Assembly: GCA_964629365.1 (NCBI GenBank)
Contig: CAZVRB010000001.1
Span: forward strand, 38,693 to 102,692
Origin: an uncultured Leptospiraceae bacterium
Lineage (GTDB): Bacteria > Spirochaetota > UBA4802 > UB4802
Length of the DNA: 64,000 bases
Direction: 5' to 3'
The translations under genes were made by a program, and so were the position numbers. Under the pieces are notes generated by a model. That model did no database searches. It had not been told where the DNA came from and saw nothing but the letters and a program-made list of their open reading frames with translations. Shown here piece by piece: positions 10,379 to 18,978 of this stretch (positions are counted from its first letter, which is position 1; each line of letters opens with the position of its first letter).

Positions 10379-11596
10379 TCATATGGCTTCCTTGAAACCC
10401 TGTTTTTTATACAGCTCAGCGTACACAAGGGAAACAGCGTAAAAAAGGTCTTCTGGTATCATGTCACCGATATCCAGCCTGTTATACATCTCCCTTGCAA
10501 GGTACCTGTTTTCAATCAGCATAATTTCATTCTCTTTGGCAATTTCCCGGATTCGAAGGGCAATGCTGTCGGCTCCCTTGGCGATAATTACCGGTGCATC
10601 CATGGCGGTCCTGTCATACTTGAGAGCTACCGCGTAATGAGTAGGGTTTGTAACGACTACGTCTGCCTTTGGCACTTCCTGGATCATGTTTTTCATTACC
10701 AGCTCACGCTGCATTTCCTGGAGCCTGGCTTTTACCTGCGGATCACCAAGGGTTTCTTTCATCTCCTCTTTTGTTTCCTGCTTTGTCATTTTTAATGACT
10801 CAATAAATTCCTGTTTCTGAAAATAATAATCAGGTATGGACAGCACCAGCAGAAGAACAGCCGACCATATTATTATTTTTAATCCGGTAATGGATACCGC
10901 CTTCAAGGCCATGCTGATGCCGATGTCCGGTGAATTGATAATTACTTCATAATCACTTGAAATAACGAGATAACATACAATCCCTATGGCCAGCACCTTG
11001 AACAATGACTTGAACAGGTTCATGGCAACCTGTTTTGAGAAAAGTACCTTTTTCATGATTGTGGCCGGATCAAACTTTATCTTTGAAAAGTCAAGTTTCA
11101 GCGGGTGGGATGAAAACTGGAAACCGACCTGAATCACGTTCCCTACGAATGCCGCCACGAAAGCGGTTACAAAAATCGGCAATAATATTTTACCCGATTC
11201 ACTTGCAACCGCTATAAATTCATTGAATATACTCTGCTTTGTAAGCGTAAAATTCGAGAAAGATGAAAGGTAGAAAATTGTCATTTTTATTATAGTCTCA
11301 AGTATCCAGCCTCCCAGGAAAAAAATTACCATGAACCCGAATATAACCGTAATTGCCTGCGTGAGTTCATCGGTCTTGGCTGTTTGTCCTTTCTCACGGG
11401 CTTCCCTGAGCTTTTTCTCTGTTGGTTCCTCAGTTCGGCCTTCCTCTTCTGCGGAAAAGAGCTGCAGGTCAAAGTTCAGGCCTTTTGGAAGCCGGGATTC
11501 GGGATACTCCAGCATTATGTCGTATTCAAAGATATTCAAATCCCCTTCTCCAGGTGAAGACACACATCCCTTATTCACAGTATTTATACAGGCCAT
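10379..11596 (-). CDS. flhB: Flagellar export apparatus protein FlhB (start probably internal to listed ORF)
   Basis: Contains NPTH autocleavage motif (VVVTNPTHYAVAL) and typical FlhB N-terminus (EEPTEKKLREAREKGQ). The first ~25 listed residues are probably upstream of the real start. Confidence 0.85.
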   Translation of the reverse strand: MACINTVNKGCVSSPGEGDLNIFEYDIMLEYPESRLPKGLNFDLQLFSAEEEGRTEEPTEKKLREAREKGQTAKTDELTQAITVIFGFMVIFFLGGWILETIIKMTIFYLSSFSNFTLTKQSIFNEFIAVASESGKILLPIFVTAFVAAFVGNVIQVGFQFSSHPLKLDFSKIKFDPATIMKKVLFSKQVAMNLFKSLFKVLAIGIVCYLVISSDYEVIINSPDIGISMALKAVSITGLKIIIWSAVLLLVLSIPDYYFQKQEFIESLKMTKQETKEEMKETLGDPQVKARLQEMQRELVMKNMIQEVPKADVVVTNPTHYAVALKYDRTAMDAPVIIAKGADSIALRIREIAKENEIMLIENRYLAREMYNRLDIGDMIPEDLFYAVSLVYAELYKKQGFKEAI

Positions 11597-12378
11597 TGAT
11601 GCACCACTGTACTTATAAATTTAAATGTTCTCTCAATTGACACGTTCATAATTCTTACCACCAGGGGTGTAACCATGATCAGCATCCCAAAGGCTACTGC
11701 GATCTTAAAAGGAAACCCCAGCATCATAATGTTCATCTGCGGAGCTGCTTTTGCCAGGATACCAAGACTGATGGTAATCAGAAAGATAATGGCTACCACT
11801 GGTAGTGCAATTTTTAACGCTATTACAAACATACCGCTAAAGGCATACATCAGGAATTTCAAAAATCCTTCAGACGAAGTCCCTTTAAGAGAGAAAGCGG
11901 GAGCAAGCTCATAGGAGCGATAGATTGCCTGGATCAGTACATGATGTCCGTTCATTGCCAGAAAAAGCAAAAGAGCGATCAGGTTTTTAAACTGTCCTAT
12001 CAATGGTATGGAAACCTGTGCCAGCGGATCAATAACCTCGTTAATACCAAAACCTATCTGCACCGAAAAAAACTGTCCTGCCAGCTGAAATGCCGAAAAT
12101 ATAACCGCTACAAGGAATCCAATAAATAAACCAATAATAATCTCCTGTGTAACCATAACGGCAAATAAACCCATATTAGTTGTGGGTTCATACCCCATCG
12201 ATGACACGATAGGAAACATAACAAGTGTCAAAAGAAACGCCACAATACCCTTCATTCTCAAAGGGATAACCCCGCTTGAAAAAAACGGGGCCACTATGAA
12301 CATGGCTGCCATGCGCACCATGATAAGAAAAAATATCTGGAACTGTAGAACAAAATACTGCATGTTATCCGGCACCAA
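11584..12378 (-). CDS. fliR: Flagellar export apparatus protein FliR
   Basis: 264-aa polytopic membrane protein in the conserved fliP-fliQ-fliR-flhB position. Confidence 0.8.
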   Translation of the reverse strand: MVPDNMQYFVLQFQIFFLIMVRMAAMFIVAPFFSSGVIPLRMKGIVAFLLTLVMFPIVSSMGYEPTTNMGLFAVMVTQEIIIGLFIGFLVAVIFSAFQLAGQFFSVQIGFGINEVIDPLAQVSIPLIGQFKNLIALLLFLAMNGHHVLIQAIYRSYELAPAFSLKGTSSEGFLKFLMYAFSGMFVIALKIALPVVAIIFLITISLGILAKAAPQMNIMMLGFPFKIAVAFGMLIMVTPLVVRIMNVSIERTFKFISTVVHQWPV

Positions 12379-12637
12379 TCTTTGAGATCATCATGAACAC
12401 ACCCTTCGTGTAATTGATTAACGTATGCATCATCCATGAGGCAAAGAAGATCAACGCCGCGAAGATAGCCAGTATCTTCGGCACAAATGTCAGTGTCTGT
12501 TCCTGTATAGAGGTGGTGGTCTGAAAAATTGATACGATCAGTCCCACCAGCATACCAATGCCCAGTATGGGGGCAGACACCACCATGGCCACCATCAACG
12601 CTTCACGCATTATTTTAATAACAGTAATATCTGTCAT
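12365..12637 (-). CDS. fliQ: Flagellar export apparatus protein FliQ
   Basis: 90-aa, two-TM protein with a FliQ-like sequence. Confidence 0.85.
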   Translation of the reverse strand: MTDITVIKIMREALMVAMVVSAPILGIGMLVGLIVSIFQTTTSIQEQTLTFVPKILAIFAALIFFASWMMHTLINYTKGVFMMISKIGAG

Positions 12638-12667
12638 AATATCATCCCTGATTCCAAATTATACGAA

Positions 12668-13453
12668 CTACTGCACAAATGAACGTACCAGCTCATACGT
12701 GAGCAGATTCCAGCCATCCACCAGTATAAACAATATTATTTTAAACGGCAGCGAAATCATAACCGGTGGAAGCATGATCATCCCCATTGCCATCAATGCA
12801 CTGGCTACAATCATATCTATAACAATAAAGGGTATAAACAGGTATACACCAATCTCGAAAGCCTTTTTCAACTCACTGATCATAAACGCGGGAATAAGGC
12901 AGTACGAGGGTACGTCTTCCTGTGTTTCTGGTTTCTCCAGCTTGGCGAGTTCGATAAAAAGTGCAATATCCTTCTTTCGCGTCTGCTTGAACATGAATGA
13001 ACGCATGGGTTTCATGCCCCGCTCAAAAAACTGCTCATTGCTGATTTTGCCGTTAAGGTATGGCTGCAGGGCCGTATCATTCACCTCGGAAAATGTGGGA
13101 GCCATAATGAATATTGTAAGGAAGATGGCAAGCCCCACAATTACCTGTGTCGGCGGCATCTGCTGCAGGGACAATGCCCTTTTCACAAAGTCGAGAACAA
13201 TGACCACCCTGGTAAAGGCTGTCATCATCATAATTATGGAAGGTGCAAGGGTCAATATGGTTAGTAAAAATAATATTTGCAGGCTGAGGGCAACATCTTT
13301 CGGTGATGATGCTTCTTCTATATCAAATGCTATTTTTGGTATAGGCATGCGAACGCCACCCGCGTCCTGGGCAAATAATTGACCAGCGGCCAGCAGAACC
13401 GTAATAAGAATAATCGCCGCAGCGCTATATTTAATTATCCGTTTCATCGCCAT
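12668..13453 (-). CDS. fliP: Flagellar export apparatus protein FliP
   Basis: 261 aa with signal peptide and the conserved FliP core. Confidence 0.9.
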   Translation of the reverse strand: MAMKRIIKYSAAAIILITVLLAAGQLFAQDAGGVRMPIPKIAFDIEEASSPKDVALSLQILFLLTILTLAPSIIMMMTAFTRVVIVLDFVKRALSLQQMPPTQVIVGLAIFLTIFIMAPTFSEVNDTALQPYLNGKISNEQFFERGMKPMRSFMFKQTRKKDIALFIELAKLEKPETQEDVPSYCLIPAFMISELKKAFEIGVYLFIPFIVIDMIVASALMAMGMIMLPPVMISLPFKIILFILVDGWNLLTYELVRSFVQ

Positions 13454-14165
13454 TTAACTTCCTGAGACGTGATCTGTGACTGTTGAGATACTGCATCGAA
13501 TCTTTTTCATAATCATGATCTCTTCCGAATTGCGCATCACTCCCCGTGCCCTTAACACGATCAAAAACCCTGCCGATCTGGTTTGTCACAAATTCCTGAA
13601 AGCCTCCCGGGGCAGGTGGGGCAGACCTGGAACTCAGCAGGCGAATCCTGTCGATCTCGTCCTTATCGTGTATCTCTGTAATAAGATTAATATTATTGTC
13701 TGATACTCCCAGCACCAGGATCTTACCCGCCATATCTACGACCTGGAGAAATTTATTCTGTCCCACAGGTACTACAGATAGTACCTGCATAACATTTTGC
13801 CCTACAGTCTGTATTCCCGCCTTTTTGGTTACATAATGGAAAAAGAAGTAAAATCCGGCAACCAGGGTGCCAAGAATCAGAATAGTCTTAAATATCAGCC
13901 ATCCATACGATTGCTCTTCAGTTGAGGGCTCCTCGTAATCGTAAAGCCCCTTCTCTTCTGCTTCTCCGGTTTTTTTCTCACCGGTAATGTCTGTTTTATC
14001 CAATGTTTTCTTTTCGGTTTTTTTACCGCTTTCAGGTTGAGCTGTTTTTTCAGCAGCATATGCACCGTCAAAAACACTTTGAAACTGATCACATGTTTTA
14101 ATGGGACATAACGCAAATGTCCCGCAAAACAAAATGACTATTATAATTGAATATACCTTTCTCAT
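13431..14165 (-). CDS. Flagellar biosynthesis protein FliZ/FliO-like
   Basis: 244 aa with signal peptide, one central TM helix, and a C-terminal region ([35 protein letters not shown]) like FliO/FliZ. Position immediately upstream of fliP. Confidence 0.65.
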   Translation of the reverse strand: MRKVYSIIIVILFCGTFALCPIKTCDQFQSVFDGAYAAEKTAQPESGKKTEKKTLDKTDITGEKKTGEAEEKGLYDYEEPSTEEQSYGWLIFKTILILGTLVAGFYFFFHYVTKKAGIQTVGQNVMQVLSVVPVGQNKFLQVVDMAGKILVLGVSDNNINLITEIHDKDEIDRIRLLSSRSAPPAPGGFQEFVTNQIGRVFDRVKGTGSDAQFGRDHDYEKDSMQYLNSHRSRLRKLNGDETDN

Positions 14166-14176
14166 CTACGGTATCG

Positions 14177-15247
14177 TTACACCTGTATTTTATTTAATCG
14201 TTCAGCCGGACTCACGATGTCTGTTACACGCACACCGAAGTTTTCATCAATGACAACAACCTCGCCCTTGGCAATAAGCTTTCCATTTACAAGCAGGTCA
14301 ACCGGTTCACCGGCAAGCTTGTCCAGCTCGATAATGGAGCCCTCTCCAAGTCCGAGAATATCTTTTACAAGCTGTCTTGTACGTCCCAGCTCAACGGTTA
14401 GAGTCATCGGGACATCAAGAAGTAAATTTATATTGCCCGATGCTGCAGCTGGCATCCCTTCACCCAGGGGTGGAAATTTCACAGGGCTTATGCCTACCTG
14501 CGGGCCTCTCTGCTGGGAAGGTTCCTGCATCTGCTGCATCTGTTCTCCGCCGCCACCTCCGCCGGCTCCACCTGAAGATCCTGCCAGTTCACGGGCCAGG
14601 CCGAGATCCATGATATGATACAGGCGGGAGTTTACCAGCCCCTCAATATTCAGATTATAGGTAATCCTTACAAGCTCGTTACCCTGCGGCAATGACAGCT
14701 CCTGTCCGTTTCCGGCAACAGAAAGTTCAGGTACCGTTGTATTGATTGAGCGTCCCATGTGTTCACTGATATGTGTTGCGGTGGATGAAAGCATCTGGCT
14801 GACAAACTCCTGCAGAGTACTCTGATGGGCATCGGTCAGTTCGGATGGAGGAGCACCCGAATCGTCCCCCATCATGAGAGACGAAATGACACCGGCATCG
14901 TTCATCGAAAACACGATCAGGTTAGCACCGGTAACACCACCGGTGAAATTCATGGCAATTTGTACGTACTGCTTGTTATGCTCTGATCTCAGAGCATCTG
15001 CTGTCTTCACCTCCACCATGGCATTGGATATGGTAATGTTTTTACCCAGGTATCCGGACAATGCGGGTGAAACCGAAGCCATTGCCCCGCTAAAGAGATC
15101 CGCGATACTATCGCGAGCTACCGGTGAAAGGGGTCCGCTTGAAGGTGTGGCTTCCGCGGATGGAGCCGCACCAGACCCCGACAGCATGTCATCAGCTCCC
15201 TGTAATAGAGCATCTATTTCGTCCTGGGACAGTGATCCGTCACCCAT
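14177..15247 (-). CDS. fliY: Flagellar motor switch protein FliY (CheC-like middle domain plus FliN C-terminal domain)
   Basis: N-terminal CheY-binding peptide (LSQDEIDALLQG), CheC-like middle region, poly-Gly linker, and a C-terminal ~80 aa strongly FliN-like. Confidence 0.75.
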   Translation of the reverse strand: MGDGSLSQDEIDALLQGADDMLSGSGAAPSAEATPSSGPLSPVARDSIADLFSGAMASVSPALSGYLGKNITISNAMVEVKTADALRSEHNKQYVQIAMNFTGGVTGANLIVFSMNDAGVISSLMMGDDSGAPPSELTDAHQSTLQEFVSQMLSSTATHISEHMGRSINTTVPELSVAGNGQELSLPQGNELVRITYNLNIEGLVNSRLYHIMDLGLARELAGSSGGAGGGGGGEQMQQMQEPSQQRGPQVGISPVKFPPLGEGMPAAASGNINLLLDVPMTLTVELGRTRQLVKDILGLGEGSIIELDKLAGEPVDLLVNGKLIAKGEVVVIDENFGVRVTDIVSPAERLNKIQV

Positions 15248-15319
15248 GTAATTCCTCCGAACAATCAGTCTTCAAGGCGTACTCTTCTACCTTATACTGA
15301 CAAGATAATAAAAATAATT

Positions 15320-15856
15320 CTAGTTAACTACAAATTCCCGGAAATAAACCTCCTTAACCTTCCCGGAAATCAATATTGTATTGATATGCGCTTTTATTTC
15401 CTCTGACAGGTTCACCGTGTCTTCGACGGAATCCATATCCTCATATTTCTTTCCACGCAGCACAATATTAATTATATGCTGAATCTGGGGCGTTCTTTGC
15501 ACCAGTTCAGCGTTTAACGCAACATTCTCTTCGTATCCAAGTGAAACCGTAAGCTTGGCAAAATGCGGCTCGGCATCCTTGGTTGTAACCGAAAACGATG
15601 GCAGATCAAAGTGAGAAAGCGGTGCCGGCGGCGGCGCAAGAACAATATCCTGCTCCCGCTCATATCGTTGTTCCTGTACGTATTTTGTTACCAGGTACGA
15701 AATGCCTATCACAATGAATACCAGCAGTATGGCCCCGGCAATATACAGGAGCAGCTTTATAACCCTGGAAGCATCTGACGACGACGGCGCTTTCGCTAAC
15801 CCCTCAGACTCTTCCTCTTCGATATCATCAACATTGACTCGTTCTTCGTCACCCAT
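15320..15856 (-). CDS. fliL: Flagellar basal body-associated protein FliL
   Basis: 178 aa, single N-terminal TM helix, periplasmic FliL-like domain. Position between motB and the switch genes. Confidence 0.75.
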   Translation of the reverse strand: MGDEERVNVDDIEEEESEGLAKAPSSSDASRVIKLLLYIAGAILLVFIVIGISYLVTKYVQEQRYEREQDIVLAPPPAPLSHFDLPSFSVTTKDAEPHFAKLTVSLGYEENVALNAELVQRTPQIQHIINIVLRGKKYEDMDSVEDTVNLSEEIKAHINTILISGKVKEVYFREFVVN

Positions 15857-15994
15857 ACGTTCACCTTTAAATAATAATTACAGCTATTCATCCCTGCTGA
15901 AAATTTATTTTCAAAACCGGCCCACACAGCACACGTGACATCCTGCATCACAAAAAAGCGACAATCGCCCAGGCTATCTCAAGGTAACCTTCAA

Positions 15995-16055
15995 GTCAAT
16001 TAATTTAAGCAATTAATTGACATCATAATATAATAAAATCAAATGTCAATTAATT
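15995..16055. promoter_or_regulatory. Palindromic operator-like element: GTCAATTAATT-taagc-AATTAATTGAC plus a third GTCAATTAATT copy 24 nt away, in the 237-bp motB-fliL spacer
   Basis: Read directly: perfect inverted repeat with 11-bp arms at 15995-16021 and a third direct copy at 16045-16055, followed by AT-rich TATAAT-like sequence. Lies upstream (on the minus strand) of fliL. Confidence 0.45.
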
Positions 16056-16093
16056 TATGATTATGTCACTAAACCGCATTCCTGAAAAAATTC

Positions 16094-16873
16094 CTATCTC
16101 CATTCTTCATCGGGCAGCGGTCTTGAAATTTTTGGCGACGTCTGCCTGGGCATTCCCCTGTCACGAAGTATTACAATATCCACCCTCCGGTTATATGCCC
16201 TCCCCTCGGGTGTATTATTATCATCTATGGGCCTGTGTTCACCAAAAGCCACCGATGAGAGCTGTTTCGGCTTTACATTTTCCTCTTCAACCAGGTACTC
16301 CACAACGTTCACAGAGCGGGCCGACGAGAGTTCCCAGTTATTATCATACCCTTCTTGCAAACCCCTTGGTGCCACCGGCCTGTTGTCTGTATGTCCTTCA
16401 ATTCTGGTATAGTTATCTATGCTTTTTATGATTGCCCCAACCTTGTCCAGTACCGGCTTTACCTCATCTTTCAACTCCGCACTTCCCGGGTCGAAATACG
16501 CGTCCCCGGACAGGGTAATTACCAGTCCCCTTTCATCATCCTGCACCCGCACTTTTTTTGCCTTGATCTCAGGTTTAAATGCTTCAAGTGCCCGCTTCAG
16601 GCTTCTTGCAAGGGCACGTCCCTGCTCACTTGAAGGCAGGTTCTGCATATTCTGGCCCAGTTCTTCCAGGCGACCGGCTGAAAGTGAATATCCACCTTCA
16701 AACATTCCCAATGACCCCCGAAAGGACGAAAGCACCAGGTAAAAGTCTTTTCCACTTATATCGGCAATATTAAACATCAATATGAAAAAAGTCAGAAGGA
16801 GGGTTGTCATATCACCGTACGTGGTCATCCACGCCGGTGAACCCGCCCTTTGTTTCTTTTCCTTTTTCTTCAT
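16094..16873 (-). CDS. motB: Flagellar motor stator protein MotB (OmpA-like C-terminal domain)
   Basis: 259 aa. N-terminal TM helix with a conserved Asp-containing plug region, and a C-terminal OmpA/peptidoglycan-binding domain (TDNRP...NRRVDIVIL). Confidence 0.85.
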   Translation of the reverse strand: MKKKEKKQRAGSPAWMTTYGDMTTLLLTFFILMFNIADISGKDFYLVLSSFRGSLGMFEGGYSLSAGRLEELGQNMQNLPSSEQGRALARSLKRALEAFKPEIKAKKVRVQDDERGLVITLSGDAYFDPGSAELKDEVKPVLDKVGAIIKSIDNYTRIEGHTDNRPVAPRGLQEGYDNNWELSSARSVNVVEYLVEEENVKPKQLSSVAFGEHRPIDDNNTPEGRAYNRRVDIVILRDRGMPRQTSPKISRPLPDEEWR

Positions 16874-17652
16874 TAATCTCCCACCTCGCTGGTGATTGCC
16901 TCCCGTTCTGCAGGCTCAAGGAAAGATATAAGCTTATCTTTAACAATTCTCGGGTTATCACCTGACTGTATGGATAATGTACCCTCGATCATAATAAGTT
17001 TCAAGAGCACCTCTTCATTGCCTCTCAGCTCAAGCTTATTTGCAACCGGCTGCATTACGAGGTTTGCCAGGATGGCACCATAAAGAGTAGTGATAAGAGC
17101 AGCAGACATACCAGGCCCGATAGCCGACTTGTCTTCAATATTTACAAGCATCAGGATAAGCCCTATCAGGGTTCCGATCATACCAAAGGCGGGGGCGAAT
17201 AATGCCCAGTCCTCGAAAAGTTTACGTTGCGCGTCATGACGGGATATTATGTTCTCAAGTTCGGTTTCCATGATTCGCCGTACCAGTTCCGGGTCTGTAC
17301 CATCCACAACCAGCTGTATTCCTTTACGAAGAAAATCATCATCAAGCTCGTCAAGGTCATCTTCAAGTGCGAGAAGACCTTCACGTCTTGCCTTTTCAGA
17401 AAAGGATACAAGGGTGATTATCATTTCATTGGGATTAATGCGGGGTGCAAAAAAAGCAAACCGGGCAACTTTCCACGCTCCCATCACTTTTGCCAGTGGA
17501 TTCGAGATAAGGATGGCCGCAAACGAGCCACCAAGACTAATCATAACAGACGCGGGATCCCAGAACATGAGCGGATTGCCCTTGGCAAACAGAATCCCAA
17601 GAATTATAAATGTAAAACCGGCAATTAACCCACCAATGGTTGCTATATCCAT
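16873..17652 (-). CDS. motA: Flagellar motor stator protein MotA
   Basis: 259 aa, four-TM proton-channel protein with a MotA/TolQ/ExbB-type sequence. Stop overlaps the motB start. Confidence 0.85.
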   Translation of the reverse strand: MDIATIGGLIAGFTFIILGILFAKGNPLMFWDPASVMISLGGSFAAILISNPLAKVMGAWKVARFAFFAPRINPNEMIITLVSFSEKARREGLLALEDDLDELDDDFLRKGIQLVVDGTDPELVRRIMETELENIISRHDAQRKLFEDWALFAPAFGMIGTLIGLILMLVNIEDKSAIGPGMSAALITTLYGAILANLVMQPVANKLELRGNEEVLLKLIMIEGTLSIQSGDNPRIVKDKLISFLEPAEREAITSEVGD

Positions 17653-17757
17653 ATATATGACTCCAAGCGGTTGAATATTCTCATATACAGTATCCTATAG
17701 TAGTATTTCGGTAATTTTCATAAAATAATTCAGTAATAAATGCCCCCGTGAAACAGC

Positions 17758-17943
17758 TTACGGGGTAAGTAACAATCGGTGATAATTTCTTACCTTTTCA
17801 AGTACTTCATCAATGGTTTCTTTCACGATATATTTACGATCATTTGTCAGTGTAATAGTTGTATCGGGCTTTTTTTCGATCACCTCGATATGATTTGAAT
17901 TCATTACAAATTCGTCACCATTTATCTTGTGCAATACTATCAT
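17758..17943 (-). CDS. flbD: Flagellar protein FlbD (start taken at internal Met, MIVLHKINGDEF)
   Basis: Small protein with the typical FlbD N-terminus (MIxLxxLNGxEF...IEVIE). With this start it lies 4 nt after the stop of the upstream Maf-like gene. Confidence 0.75.
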   Translation of the reverse strand: MIVLHKINGDEFVMNSNHIEVIEKKPDTTITLTNDRKYIVKETIDEVLEKVRNYHRLLLTP

Positions 17944-17947
17944 ATCT

Positions 17948-18859
17948 TTATGTTCTCCTTTTTTTTCTTGAAGGCAATAATTCATTTATAACTTCCTTCA
18001 TTGTTCTTTTATTAACAGATCTCTCACTGCATCCAGGCAAACTGCAATCATATACCGGCACGTTGACTTTATAAAACAATTCATCCAGCCATTGCCTGGC
18101 AGCCAGAAACTGATGATCAGTATACCATTGCCTGCTGCGCCTGTTAATCATATAATGACGTTTTCGAAGAATGCGCATATATTCATCTGTTTCAGCAGGG
18201 ATCGTGCGACACTGCCGCAAAGCTGTTTGCTCCGTTGCCATGTTTCCGGCCGTATAGTATCTTTTATCAAATGCCAGATCATTACCCGCCAGAATCAATG
18301 ACTGTATATTACATCCAAGCACCAGGGATACTGCCTGGGTGGTAACGATACTTGCGGTAGCCACGTATCCAAGCTCTTCTCCTGCCTGCTTCCACAATTC
18401 ATTGAAGGGCTCACTGTGCAGCAGCCAGTTATAAAAACTCATACTTCCTTTCCACTGGCGGACGTTAATATTTGACATACCGCTGAATGCCAGAAGATGT
18501 ATCTTTTCGGTGGGAACACCATAGAAGAAAGGTACCGGCGTAGATTCACAGGATATCACAAAGGATGGGGTTATTCCCGCTTTCAATAATGGTTTCAAGG
18601 CCATATCCACGGCAAGTATTACCAGTTCTTTACGCTGATAATACTTTTTCAACTCACTCATGCTGTCTTCAAGGGAAGGACCCGCGCCGCATACAATAAC
18701 ATGTTTACCGGAAAAGCGTTGCACCACCGGCCCAAGTCCACCACACTTGTGAATATAGGGACTATTACGGGTAATATTTCTCTGTATGGCACCCAGCCGC
18801 TCATCGATAAGGGCGCTGTTTATATTATCGTATAATGTTTCAGCATTAACCAACACCAT
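17948..18859 (-). CDS. Motility-associated factor (Maf)-like protein, DUF115/MptE-like domain
   Basis: 303 aa with a GKHVIVCGAGPSL motif, characteristic of the DUF115 (6-hydroxymethylpterin diphosphokinase MptE-like) core found in Maf flagellin-glycosylation proteins. Sits directly upstream of flbD-motAB. Confidence 0.55.
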   Translation of the reverse strand: MVLVNAETLYDNINSALIDERLGAIQRNITRNSPYIHKCGGLGPVVQRFSGKHVIVCGAGPSLEDSMSELKKYYQRKELVILAVDMALKPLLKAGITPSFVISCESTPVPFFYGVPTEKIHLLAFSGMSNINVRQWKGSMSFYNWLLHSEPFNELWKQAGEELGYVATASIVTTQAVSLVLGCNIQSLILAGNDLAFDKRYYTAGNMATEQTALRQCRTIPAETDEYMRILRKRHYMINRRSRQWYTDHQFLAARQWLDELFYKVNVPVYDCSLPGCSERSVNKRTMKEVINELLPSRKKRRT

Positions 18860-18978
18860 CTCCAGCTTTTCAATATTCAGCTGTTACACTATACCGAAGC
18901 AGGATACAGTTGCAAGAAAAAATGACCGTACTGCTGCTATTTCAACATAATAAAGGAAGGATGGTAACCGTTCCCTTT

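Noticed and set aside
12558-13382. 274-aa plus-strand ORF antisense to fliP/fliZ
   Set aside because: Ile/Ser-rich low-complexity translation lying entirely opposite two well-supported flagellar genes. Typical shadow ORF of AT-rich coding DNA.
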